Assembly (NCBI GenBank): GCA_964516845.1
Contig: CAZEXP010000002.1
Span: 61,477-125,476, forward strand
From: an uncultured bacterium
GTDB lineage: Bacteria > Joyebacterota > Joyebacteria > Joyebacterales > Joyebacteraceae
Direction: 5' to 3'
Length of the DNA stretch: 64,000 nucleotides
The notes below the pieces were generated by a model. It saw only the letters and a program-made list of their open reading frames with translations, had not been told where the DNA came from and did not search any database. Positions 9,068 through 18,421 of the stretch are shown here, piece after piece; positions within the stretch are counted from its first letter, which is position 1; the number at the start of each line of letters is the position of its first letter. The translations under genes were made by a program, and so were the position numbers.

Positions 9068-9358
9068 CTACAGCCCCAGAAGCTCTCTGAGTTCGTCCGG
9101 CTGGAAACCTGTGACGCACGTCTCTCCATCGATGACGGTGGTTGGAAACGTCCCCGCAGGGTTCCACTGCTTCACGACGCCAAGCGCCTCGGCGCGCTCA
9201 TCACCCTGAAGCAGATCCAGATAGGTGAACTCGAACTCAACGCCGGCCTCCTCGAGATAGCGCCGGGTCTTCTTGCACCACACGCACGTCGAGAGCCCGT
9301 AGAACTTCACGTCGTGTTCGGCATGGGCTCCCTCCACCCGTCCTCTCACATCAGACAT
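9068..9358 (-). CDS. Glutaredoxin-like (thioredoxin-fold) protein
   Basis: 'KFYGLSTCVWCKK' is a CxxC motif in a glutaredoxin/NrdH-like fold. The start is set at the ATG preceded by GGGAGGAG. Confidence 0.7.
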   Translation of the reverse strand: MSDVRGRVEGAHAEHDVKFYGLSTCVWCKKTRRYLEEAGVEFEFTYLDLLQGDERAEALGVVKQWNPAGTFPTTVIDGETCVTGFQPDELRELLGL

Positions 9359-9767
9359 CCGGTGCTCCTCCCGGTGGATTGAGCGAATCCTCGATCGAGC
9401 GAAGTCTTCTCCCAAGCTCGTTGAGCCTGAACTCGATCGAATTGAGGATCCAGAACTGAAAGTGCTCGACCTTGGTCTGTTTGTGGATCATCCAGATGAT
9501 CTTGACGGAGACAAGAAGAACCCCGAGTTCGAGAGAGAACAGAGGCGGCAGCGGCACGTCGATGTGAAACACGTGCCTCAACACATCCACGACGAACATG
9601 GCGAAGATCAGCGCCATGAAGATGACGTTGAACACCTCGTCGCGGCGGTTCGATTTCGCTCCACCGATCTGCCCGACAAGCCGCTTGATCTGTTCCTTCT
9701 CCTTGCGGAACTGCTCGAGTTCGTCCTGGAGCGCCTGTGTATCGGGCGCCATCTCGATCTCAGCCAT
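9351..9767 (-). CDS. Hypothetical small membrane protein (coiled-coil N-terminus, two predicted TM helices)
   Basis: The hydrophobic segments 'VFNVIFMALIFAMFVVDVL' and 'LELGVLLVSVKIIWMI' predict TM helices. No family was recognised. Confidence 0.5.
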   Translation of the reverse strand: MAEIEMAPDTQALQDELEQFRKEKEQIKRLVGQIGGAKSNRRDEVFNVIFMALIFAMFVVDVLRHVFHIDVPLPPLFSLELGVLLVSVKIIWMIHKQTKVEHFQFWILNSIEFRLNELGRRLRSIEDSLNPPGGAPDV

Positions 9768-9831
9768 CAAGCCTCCAGTATATCGCTTTCCTTCATTTTG
9801 ATGCATTCCACAGGGCCAGGGTCCACAGCGG

Positions 9832-10293
9832 CTACGGCGTCTTGTCCTCACTCTCGTCGATGGGAGCCGGCCACATCGGCGCGTAGTCGCTCTTGGGGTC
9901 GCGGCGCCGCTCGAACCTGAGGCCGGACCAGTACTGGCCGAGCGAGCAGATGCGGGAGTCGACCATCCCCAACTTGATCCCTATCTGCTGTACGACGTCG
10001 AACGTGAGATCGGTCTCGAGTTCGGAGGCGCGCTTCGGCCACGCCACCCAGAGATGTCCCGACTCCGCCAGCCGACCGGACACATGGGGCATGTCGAACC
10101 GGAGGTCGGCGGCGCGCTTCGAGAAGATGATGGCCATGTCCAGGTTCCGCGCGCGCTCCGGCACCACGTCCACGCCCTCCGGAAGCTCCCCGAGCGTCGA
10201 CCTGAAGTCCTTGGGCTCATCGCACAGCTGGATCCGATCACCCTCAACGATACCGAGCTTCCTCGCGAGCGCCATCGTTGGATCGCTGCTCAA
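9832..10293 (-). CDS. DUF3052-family protein
   Basis: The N-terminus 'LARKLGIVEGDRIQL' is typical of DUF3052. It is first in a minus-strand operon with the membrane protein, the glutaredoxin-like gene and the FDR-like gene. Confidence 0.55.
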   Translation of the reverse strand: MSSDPTMALARKLGIVEGDRIQLCDEPKDFRSTLGELPEGVDVVPERARNLDMAIIFSKRAADLRFDMPHVSGRLAESGHLWVAWPKRASELETDLTFDVVQQIGIKLGMVDSRICSLGQYWSGLRFERRRDPKSDYAPMWPAPIDESEDKTP

Positions 10294-10452
10294 ACACCAC
10301 CCTCCTCTGCCCCGGTGGATGACTCGGGGCGTTCGCCGTCAACCGGCAGAGCCGCGTCTCCGCGGTGGCTGTGCGGAGAGCATCCCACGGGAGTGACCGT
10401 TCGGCAAGGTTTTCCTGTGCCGCGCCGGGCGCGCGCGGTGGCCACCGGCTCC

Positions 10453-10481
10453 TTGCCGTGGGTCACGCGCTGTGGTATAAT
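10453..10481 (+). promoter_or_regulatory. Sigma70-type promoter with extended -10 (TTGCCG-17bp-TGgTATAAT)
   Basis: A perfect TATAAT with an upstream TG stands out against the 68% GC background. It lies about 115 nt upstream of the C1 protease start. Confidence 0.55.
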
Positions 10482-10596
10482 GAATTGGTGACCGTGTTCA
10501 CGGTCTTCCCGCACAAAGCGAACATACGCCGCACGCGCGGCGCGAATCGTGTGATTCTATCCAGGGACAGTCTCCATCATGGACAAGGAGCGCAGA

Positions 10597-13074
10597 ATGG
10601 CACGCAGAGCTCTCGTGCTGAGCACGCTGGTCGTCATCATCGTGCTCGCAACGACCGCGGCGGCCGACCCACCGGCGACCTACGATCTCCGGAACGTCGG
10701 CGGCGAGAACTACGTCACCTCGGTCAAGAGCCAGACCGGCGGGACCTGCTGGACGCACGGCGCGATGGCCGCCATGGAGGGCAACCTCCTGATGACGGGC
10801 GCCTGGGCGACAGCCGGCGAAAGCGGCGAGCCAAACCTCGCCGAGTACCATCTCGACTGGTGGAACGGCTTCAACATGGACTACAACCAGGACATCTTCC
10901 CGGACGCAGGCGGGCTCGAGGTGCATCAGGGCGGTGACTACCGCGTGACGACCGCGTACCTCGCACGTCTCGAGGGAGCCGTCCGCGACGTGGACGGCCA
11001 GTCGTACACCTCTCCCCCGCTCCGTCACGACCCGAGCTTCCACTACTACTACCCGCGCGACGTCGAGTGGCATGTCGCCGGCGAGAACCTTGAGCACATC
11101 GACGAGATCAAGCAGGCAGTGATCGACTACGGGGTCGTCGGCACATGCCTCTGCTACGACTCCCAGTTCATCTCCAACTACATCCACTACCAGCCGCCCT
11201 CCCACAGCTGGGAGCCGAACCACGCCGTCGCCATCGTGGGATGGGACGACGGGAAGAGCACGCAGGCGACCGAGGGGCCGGGAGCGTGGCTCTGCAAGAA
11301 CAGCTGGGGCTCAGGCTGGGGGCTGAGTGGTTACTTCTGGATTTCCTACTACGACAAGCACTGCGGTCAGAATGAGGAGATGGGCGCGATCGTCTTTCGT
11401 GGCGTCGAGCCGCTCGAGTACGAACACGTCTACTACCACGACTACCACGGCTGGCGTGACACGCTCACCGTCGCAAACGAGGCTTTCAACGCCTACGTTG
11501 CCGAGGGCGATGAGCTCCTCAAGGCGGTCAACTTCTTCACGGCCGTCGACAGCGTCGACTACACGGTCCGCGTCTATGACACGTTCTCGGGCGGCGCGCT
11601 CTCCGATCTCATGGCCGAAGAGACCGGCACGTACGACCACGCCGGCCTCCACACGGTTGACCTCGACCCGACCGCGAACCTCTACGCCGGGAACGATTTC
11701 TACGTCTACCTCGAACTCTCACAGGGCGGCCATCCGTATGACCGCACGTCGGACGTTCCGGTCCTGCTCGGCGCGAGCTACCGCACGATCGTCGCGTCGG
11801 TGGCACACGCCGGCGAGAGCTACTACAAGAGCGGCAGCACGTGGCTCGACTTCTACGATTTCGATGACGGGCAGTGGAGCCAGACCGGCAACTTCTGCAT
11901 GAAGGCGCTCACGATTGACGCGGGGCTCTCGGTCGACCCGAACACACACTTCAAGTCCGAGGGACCGAGCGGCGGCCCGTTCACCCCGGTCAGCCAGGAC
12001 TATGTCATGGAGTATCGCGGGGACGCGCCGGCCAACTACCAGGTCGAGGTGCTTCCCCCGTCCACGGCGTGGATCTCGCTCTCGGGCGACACGGGGGGCT
12101 GGTTGACACCCGGCGTGCCGGCCACGGTCACCGTCACGATCAATTCGAACGCGGAGACCCTCCCCGACGGGGCGCAAGTCGCGTCGATCTCGTTCCGCAA
12201 CCTCTCCAACGGTCTGGGTGACACGACGCGCGACGTCGTCGTCGCCATCGGAACGAGCGAAAAGCACTACGAGTGGACGCTCGATACCGACCCGGGCTGG
12301 ACGACCGAGGGCGACTGGGCGTACGGACAGCCCACGGGCGGCGGCGGGCAGTACGGCAACCCCGACCCGACGTCCGGCCACACGGGTGACAACGTCTACG
12401 GGTACAACCTCGGTGGTGACTACCCGAACGACCTCGACGAGTCGCATCTGACGACGGCGGTCATCGACTGCAGCAACCTCTACAACACGAACCTCAAGTT
12501 CTGGCGATGGCTGGGCGTCGAGACACCCGACTACGACCACGCATACGTTCGCGCGAGTACCGACGGCGCTTCGTGGGTCACGGTCTGGGAGAACACTGAG
12601 GAGATCACCGATTCCGCATGGACGCAGATAGGCGTCGACATCTCATCGGTCGCCGACGACCAGGAGACCGTCTACCTCCGGTGGACCATGGGCATCACGG
12701 ACGGCGGATGGCAGTACTGCGGCTGGAACATCGACGACATCGAGCTCTGGGGCATCAGCGGTGAGGGTTCGGATGTCGCTGAGCCGGAACTCATCCGCGA
12801 CGTGAGGCTCTACCCCGTGCGGCCGAACCCGTTCAACCCGACCGCGAACATCGCGTTCTCGCTCCCGCATCATGCGGAGGTCGAACTTGCGGTCTACGAC
12901 GTGCGCGGCAGACTCGTGACCGTTCTCGAGAGCGGCCCGCGCGACGCCGGTCCGCACGAAGCGGTCTGGCACGGCACGGATTCGCATGGGAACGCGGTCG
13001 GCTCGGGCGTCTACTTCGTCCGGCTCGTGGCCGGCGAGACGATTGCGACGCGGAAAATGGTGTTGGTGAAATAG
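10597..13074 (+). CDS. Secreted papain-family (C1) cysteine peptidase with T9SS C-terminal sorting domain
   Basis: It has a signal peptide, a C1 active-site region ('QTGGTCWTHGAMAAME' around the Cys, plus 'NHAVAIVGWDD' and 'WLCKNSWG') and a C-terminal Por_Secre_tail ending 'KMVLVK'. The start is set at the ATG preceded by AAGGAG. Confidence 0.85.
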   Translation: MARRALVLSTLVVIIVLATTAAADPPATYDLRNVGGENYVTSVKSQTGGTCWTHGAMAAMEGNLLMTGAWATAGESGEPNLAEYHLDWWNGFNMDYNQDIFPDAGGLEVHQGGDYRVTTAYLARLEGAVRDVDGQSYTSPPLRHDPSFHYYYPRDVEWHVAGENLEHIDEIKQAVIDYGVVGTCLCYDSQFISNYIHYQPPSHSWEPNHAVAIVGWDDGKSTQATEGPGAWLCKNSWGSGWGLSGYFWISYYDKHCGQNEEMGAIVFRGVEPLEYEHVYYHDYHGWRDTLTVANEAFNAYVAEGDELLKAVNFFTAVDSVDYTVRVYDTFSGGALSDLMAEETGTYDHAGLHTVDLDPTANLYAGNDFYVYLELSQGGHPYDRTSDVPVLLGASYRTIVASVAHAGESYYKSGSTWLDFYDFDDGQWSQTGNFCMKALTIDAGLSVDPNTHFKSEGPSGGPFTPVSQDYVMEYRGDAPANYQVEVLPPSTAWISLSGDTGGWLTPGVPATVTVTINSNAETLPDGAQVASISFRNLSNGLGDTTRDVVVAIGTSEKHYEWTLDTDPGWTTEGDWAYGQPTGGGGQYGNPDPTSGHTGDNVYGYNLGGDYPNDLDESHLTTAVIDCSNLYNTNLKFWRWLGVETPDYDHAYVRASTDGASWVTVWENTEEITDSAWTQIGVDISSVADDQETVYLRWTMGITDGGWQYCGWNIDDIELWGISGEGSDVAEPELIRDVRLYPVRPNPFNPTANIAFSLPHHAEVELAVYDVRGRLVTVLESGPRDAGPHEAVWHGTDSHGNAVGSGVYFVRLVAGETIATRKMVLVK

Positions 13075-13114
13075 CAGGCAAGGGGATCAGCCTGCATTGG
13101 AGAGCACGTACAGA

Positions 13115-13142
13115 GAAGGCCCCGTGGATTCACGGGGCCTTC
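13115..13142. terminator. Bidirectional hairpin between convergent genes (GAAGGCCCCGTG-gatt-CACGGGGCCTTC)
   Basis: A perfect 12-bp stem with a 4-nt loop lies 40 nt after the protease stop and 54 nt after the convergent metalloprotease stop. Confidence 0.6.
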
Positions 13143-13195
13143 GTCGTTCGTACGCAGCGGGCGGACAGCATCAACGGTCACCGGTCCCAGCTGCG

Positions 13196-16100
13196 CTACC
13201 GCACGAGGACGACCTTTCGCACGTCGGTGCCCTGAGGGGCCACGACCCTAACGAAGTAGACACCGGCCGCGACCGCGTTGCCTCGGTCATCCTTCCCGCT
13301 CCACGCGATCTCATAGGTTCCGGGTGGGAGTTCCTCAGAACCGAGGTCGCTGACGACCCTCCCGGCAAGATTGTAGACCTTGACTCCAGTGAGGCCACCT
13401 GGATGTGGAACGGTGAACCGCAGCGTCGCCTGCGAGCTGACCGGATTCGGGTACGCGGCAATACTCACCTTGGAGGGATATGCTGCATCCCCTCCCAGTG
13501 CTGGAGGGGCATCAACGTGCACGTATCGGCCAGTTCCTTGGACGACATAGAAGCGGCTGGTGCGGGGCGCCTGTTCAGTTGGCAGAAACGCGAGGTCAAT
13601 GCTCTCATCCTTCGAAAGCGTCGCATACGTGCCATCGACAACACTCAGAAGATCTCCGATGTCCCCGTCGGAGGAGTGGCTCGCACTCCGGAGTTCGCAC
13701 GTCGATAGATGCGCGCTCACCGGCGAGTGGGTCGCGAAGAACAGCCGATCGAGATGGAAGTCCACGGGTGTCCACAGCCTCACGGTGATCATCCCATCCT
13801 CCTGGATGGCATCCGCTGGCACATCCAGGAAGCGAGTGCAGGGGTTTTCACGATAGCAGAGCGTTGTGATGTCGATGAGGCCCTGCAACGAGGGCAATGC
13901 GAAGCCGGACCCCGGTGTCTCGATCTTGTGTCCGGGGCTTCCGTCGGTGCCGACTCCCCCACCAGCCCGCCCGGGAGGCTCAAAACTAGCGGCTATCCAA
14001 CCTCCTGCAGGGATGGTGGCCACTTCGCCATCGTTCTGGGTGACCAGGCCAAGGATGTCGTTGCCGTCCTCGTCAGTACAGGCTACGGGTACCACGGGTG
14101 AGTCATAGGCAACAGGATCTCCGGCCGTCGTCATCGCAACGGTCTGCGTGGGTGCGACATCTGCGACGTGAAGCTGGACGGCGTCCAAGTACGAGAGATC
14201 ACTCTGGGCTTCGCTGATCCGAAGTCGGCAGAGACCATCGCCACTTGATGGGACAGTACTGAGGACGCAGAGGTCGGTCCTGTCTTCCCCCAGCACCGCG
14301 CCAGCAAGAAGATTATTGTCCGCGATGTACTGGTCCTCTGCCAGAACAGAAAGGAACGGGCAGCTGCCACCGGGATCGATGTCCTGGAGGACCGCGAAGG
14401 AGTAGCGAAAGCTCAAGTCTTGCCGCGCCTCTGTGTTGTCGCCGAGGACGAGCCGCGGCATGCAGTTGAACCTGACTCGATCCAGTGCGCTACAGACGAC
14501 CGGAAATGTATCGAAGACCGTCGGCACCAAAGAGAGTGCAAGCGTCACGGCTTCGTTCCCTCCCCTACAGAAATCACGAATCTCGGCAACGACGCTGTCG
14601 CCCGCGGCAAACTGCAAGGTTGCAGCCTGTGTTAGGGAGTCACCGATCTCATAGACATTGGTATCGGCCACGCTGTACTTGAGAAGGCTCACCCAGAGCT
14701 CGGTGCTGTCGCTCATCGCCTGCTCATCCCAGTTCAGCTTGACGCGAAGATAGCTATTGTCCATTGACGCAGTGTAGTATGTCGTGTCGGCCACGAAGCT
14801 GATGTAGTAGGAGCCCCATAGCCGGACCTTGACGGGATCGCAGTACTCGTTGTCGCAGTAGGTCACATCCCGAGGGTCGTTCCAGCCATCTGTGCATCCT
14901 GCCGCTGAGTCGCTACCATTCCCCGGCACATACACCCACGTGCTGTCGTTGTCGCCGTCCAGGACGAACATTGGAGGAACGGCGATCTCGTAGCAGTTGT
15001 GCGTGGCGTATTGATCGTGAACCGTGTCGTTCTTGGTGAACAAGCCGAGAGACAGCGCAGGCGAGATATCGCTGCCAAACGAATACGCGGTGTTGTATGC
15101 GTCGCTGTCGACCCACTTGGCAATCGAGTAGTCGTGAAACACCTTCTGAAGTCGGTAGCCGCCAAGATAGCCCAGTGTGTCGCCGCCGAGACCAGCGTAC
15201 TCCTCTCCATCCAGCGCCGAGGCGAGTCCGCACATGTCACGCATGTACTTGCCGTCGGAATCGCGGCGCTCGCGTAGCCACTTATACAGTAGATCATCCT
15301 CGTAGGACGACTCGGCGAATCGATGTATCAGATAGGCCGACCAGGCGGCCCAGTTCACGTACCCCGTCCGGCAGTCCTGCTCATCCGTCCAGATCTCATC
15401 TACGCACGGTTCCACCCTGAGCACGTTGACCTTGTTGTCGCAACCGCCGGACCCCGTGGTCTGTATGAGTCCGATCAGCGACTGAGCAAAGGGCGTGTCG
15501 TCGGAGATGGTCCCTCCTCCTCTTGGAATCGCTGCCATTGCTGCAGCGCTCGCAAAGAACTCGTTGAAGTTGCCGTGGTCTGGCGTCATCCCGAATTCAC
15601 TTCTGTCGGAGTTCCACTGAACGTGCTGCATTTCATGCGCGGCACCTACGGCTGCGTCGATCGGCCAGAACGTCGTGTCGCCGCTCGCGTTCAGGCCTCC
15701 GACCAGAACGTGGAACGAGTTCTCATGGTACTCGCCGTACGACGTGCCAGAGCGCGGAAGATCCTCTTCAGCACTGGTGAACGCCGAAGGACATTGCCCG
15801 TTCTGCGCATCCGTATCGGCAAGGGCAAGGTAGAAATCGATGTGGTCGCGGTTATCAACACTCACTGTGGACGCAGGGCAGGACGGGAAGAACTCGAAGT
15901 GAGGTGATGCCGTTGGGCTGTACGAGGCTGTGGCGCAGAAGTAGTTGACGATCAGCTCAAGATCTGTCTCATCGTGCCCTAGGAGGTTCGCTCCGCTGTT
16001 CCTATCGAGCATCCGGGCGATGCGCTTCAGTTCGATGTCGCTCACCTCGTTGGCACCGGACAGAGATGCACTGACGAGAAAATCGACATCGTCCTCGGGG

Positions 16101-16336
16101 CGATCGTATCCATCGGGAAGTTCGCGATACTCGAACGCCGGTGAGACTGTATGCGTCGAGTCCCACAGGCACCAGTTCCTTGGTGGGGAGGAACCGGGCA
16201 GCGTATCCGGAGGGTCACCTGCGAGACCCACCATCACGATACCTTCGATGGCTGCCGGCGAATTCTCGCAAGTGGCGATGCAGATCAAAGCGATGGCAAA
16301 CACCATGAAGAGTGCAGATACGATCCTGACGAACAC
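13196..16336 (-). CDS. Secreted gluzincin-type zinc metallopeptidase with T9SS C-terminal sorting domain
   Basis: It has a signal peptide, the motif 'HEMQH' with a Glu about 20 residues downstream ('NEFFA'; HExxH...E), and a Por_Secre_tail ('KVVLVR'). The product is 1046 aa. Confidence 0.7.
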   Translation of the reverse strand: MFVRIVSALFMVFAIALICIATCENSPAAIEGIVMVGLAGDPPDTLPGSSPPRNWCLWDSTHTVSPAFEYRELPDGYDRPEDDVDFLVSASLSGANEVSDIELKRIARMLDRNSGANLLGHDETDLELIVNYFCATASYSPTASPHFEFFPSCPASTVSVDNRDHIDFYLALADTDAQNGQCPSAFTSAEEDLPRSGTSYGEYHENSFHVLVGGLNASGDTTFWPIDAAVGAAHEMQHVQWNSDRSEFGMTPDHGNFNEFFASAAAMAAIPRGGGTISDDTPFAQSLIGLIQTTGSGGCDNKVNVLRVEPCVDEIWTDEQDCRTGYVNWAAWSAYLIHRFAESSYEDDLLYKWLRERRDSDGKYMRDMCGLASALDGEEYAGLGGDTLGYLGGYRLQKVFHDYSIAKWVDSDAYNTAYSFGSDISPALSLGLFTKNDTVHDQYATHNCYEIAVPPMFVLDGDNDSTWVYVPGNGSDSAAGCTDGWNDPRDVTYCDNEYCDPVKVRLWGSYYISFVADTTYYTASMDNSYLRVKLNWDEQAMSDSTELWVSLLKYSVADTNVYEIGDSLTQAATLQFAAGDSVVAEIRDFCRGGNEAVTLALSLVPTVFDTFPVVCSALDRVRFNCMPRLVLGDNTEARQDLSFRYSFAVLQDIDPGGSCPFLSVLAEDQYIADNNLLAGAVLGEDRTDLCVLSTVPSSGDGLCRLRISEAQSDLSYLDAVQLHVADVAPTQTVAMTTAGDPVAYDSPVVPVACTDEDGNDILGLVTQNDGEVATIPAGGWIAASFEPPGRAGGGVGTDGSPGHKIETPGSGFALPSLQGLIDITTLCYRENPCTRFLDVPADAIQEDGMITVRLWTPVDFHLDRLFFATHSPVSAHLSTCELRSASHSSDGDIGDLLSVVDGTYATLSKDESIDLAFLPTEQAPRTSRFYVVQGTGRYVHVDAPPALGGDAAYPSKVSIAAYPNPVSSQATLRFTVPHPGGLTGVKVYNLAGRVVSDLGSEELPPGTYEIAWSGKDDRGNAVAAGVYFVRVVAPQGTDVRKVVLVR

Positions 16337-16393
16337 GGGGCGCCTCCAGCCTGGATCGGGATAGACGTCACGTAGTGCGAGATCATCACGGGG

Positions 16394-18241
16394 CTATCTC
16401 AGTATCGTCACCTCCCGTCTCTGACCCTGCACCGGGGTCCCGTTCATTCTGAGTTCAACAAGATAGACGCCACTCGCAACGCGCGCTCCTGTCGAATCCA
16501 CGCCATCCCAGCACAGCGCCGTGTTGGACGTTGTGTATGTGCCAGGTGCCCGGTACGGAGCAGGAATCACTGCAACACGCTGTCCAGTAACGTTGTACAC
16601 GACGGCCGAGACTGCTCCCTCGATTGACTGCTCGTACCCGATGCATGCACCGCCGCTCGATGGGTTGGGGGAAACGAACGCGAGGCGCGCTGGCGTGGAT
16701 GTGTCCAGAGCGAATGTCCGGACGGAGACCGGGCCCGCGTAGAGCGAGCGACCCGGACGTGCCCACTCGATCCAGAACAGAAGGTCAGTCCCGGCAGGTG
16801 CCGTGGAGTCGTTCCATCTGTACGGAGCAGCGGCTACGGGATCGTCATTCAGGCAGATCGCTGATCCTGGCGGCTCATCCGGAAGACCGCCGAGTTCACC
16901 GGCAAAGGCGCGCCAGACGTGGAAAGGTCCGTTCGTCGCCTCTCCTGCGGCATACCAGCGAAGCTGAACGCTGGAACCAAACGGCGCACCCTCCAGCACA
17001 CCGAAGTCGACCGGCGTCGTGGTCAACGAGCAGGTCGTCCCACGGATGTCCTCGTCCCAAGGCGGCGCAATCTCCTCATAGCATACCCATGCGGACCAGA
17101 GATTCCCATCAGGACCGACGCCGGCAGTTGAGTACGCCGCCCTCTTGTTGTCTCCACTCCCACCAATGACCTGCTCCGGCGCCCAACTGGTGCCCGTCCA
17201 GTAAGAGGCGAGTGTCGACTTGCTGAAGAAGTCGTGGTAGTTCCCTGCGCTCCACGTCACGAAGATCTCGCCGCGCGGTCCGGCCGTGCACTCAGTGATG
17301 TAGTCGTAGTCGGCGCCCGTTGAGTCGGGGAGGTTGACAAGCTGAGACGGCGTCCAAGCACCGTCCTCCAAACGGCTGTACTCGACTTCGACACTGGCCG
17401 CCATATTGCCGGTCCACACGATCATTGGCACATCGCCATCGAAGACGATCTCCGTCCCTTCGCAGTTGTTCAAGTCAGCATTGGCTGTGTCGGCTGCCGC
17501 CCAACCGAATTCAGTCAGATGAGTGAAGATGATGGGGGGACTGTGACCAAGGTCAGGAACGAGCGAGAAGACGACCCACGGAGCCCCTGACGGATCTACC
17601 GCAACATCGGGAAACATGCAGCTGTGGCCGGGCATATCGAATCCGTAGCGCCAGGCCTCGCTCCACTCGACCCCGTCCCAGTGGTACACGAGAACCCCTT
17701 GCCCCGACACGCCCTCCGCCGACCCATCCGTAGCGACCCACACATCGTTCGTGTTCACTGCACAGATGTCGTAATCGTCATACCGATCGGCGCCAGTCCG
17801 GACAGTGTCGGGCTCTGTCCAGCCACCACGCGCCCAGTGCGAACACAAGAGCCGCTCGCCACCACTCCCCGCGCAGTACCAGATGACCCAAGGGACTCCG
17901 TCAGCCCCAATGGAGATCTCCGGGTACCGATCTGCGCTCGCGTTCGCGGCGTGAAGCGCTTCCTGGGTTGTCCACCCGGACCCGTCGTTCCTAGAGCAGA
18001 AGATGTCCTCGTCCCCCTCATCCGAATCGTATCCTGTCCACACAAGCCATGCCGTTCCAGATGGATCCACATCAATCGAAGGCCCCTTGTCATTGTACTC
18101 ATCGTCGCCCGCGATGAAGACCTCGGGGCCGCAGTCCAGGCCACGGGCGCACAGCGGCAACAGAGCACAGAGACCTATCGCGAGCAACGCGACCGCGCTG
18201 GACGACCGCCCGGCGTAGCTCCGCTGGATTTCGTGTCGCAT
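16394..18241 (-). CDS. Secreted BNR/Asp-box-like beta-propeller protein with T9SS C-terminal sorting domain (possible sialidase-like)
   Basis: It has a signal peptide and repeated blades of the form '..D.DG.PWVVW.......GW[TS].P', followed by a Por_Secre_tail. The start is at the ATG preceded by AAGGAG. Confidence 0.6.
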   Translation of the reverse strand: MRHEIQRSYAGRSSSAVALLAIGLCALLPLCARGLDCGPEVFIAGDDEYNDKGPSIDVDPSGTAWLVWTGYDSDEGDEDIFCSRNDGSGWTTQEALHAANASADRYPEISIGADGVPWVIWYCAGSGGERLLCSHWARGGWTEPDTVRTGADRYDDYDICAVNTNDVWVATDGSAEGVSGQGVLVYHWDGVEWSEAWRYGFDMPGHSCMFPDVAVDPSGAPWVVFSLVPDLGHSPPIIFTHLTEFGWAAADTANADLNNCEGTEIVFDGDVPMIVWTGNMAASVEVEYSRLEDGAWTPSQLVNLPDSTGADYDYITECTAGPRGEIFVTWSAGNYHDFFSKSTLASYWTGTSWAPEQVIGGSGDNKRAAYSTAGVGPDGNLWSAWVCYEEIAPPWDEDIRGTTCSLTTTPVDFGVLEGAPFGSSVQLRWYAAGEATNGPFHVWRAFAGELGGLPDEPPGSAICLNDDPVAAAPYRWNDSTAPAGTDLLFWIEWARPGRSLYAGPVSVRTFALDTSTPARLAFVSPNPSSGGACIGYEQSIEGAVSAVVYNVTGQRVAVIPAPYRAPGTYTTSNTALCWDGVDSTGARVASGVYLVELRMNGTPVQGQRREVTILR

Positions 18242-18421
18242 GACGCCGCTCCTTCTGAAGACCTGGCCGTCGGACGAAAAGGCGTGTGTACTGCAAGCGA
18301 CTGACCGGGGCAGCATCGCCCGCTGTTGGATAGAGTATACCATACTGCGGACGGTAATTCCATAACATCTCCCATGCAGAGCCGCTCCCGTGTACCGCGT
18401 GGCGAACGAGCCGAAACTGAC

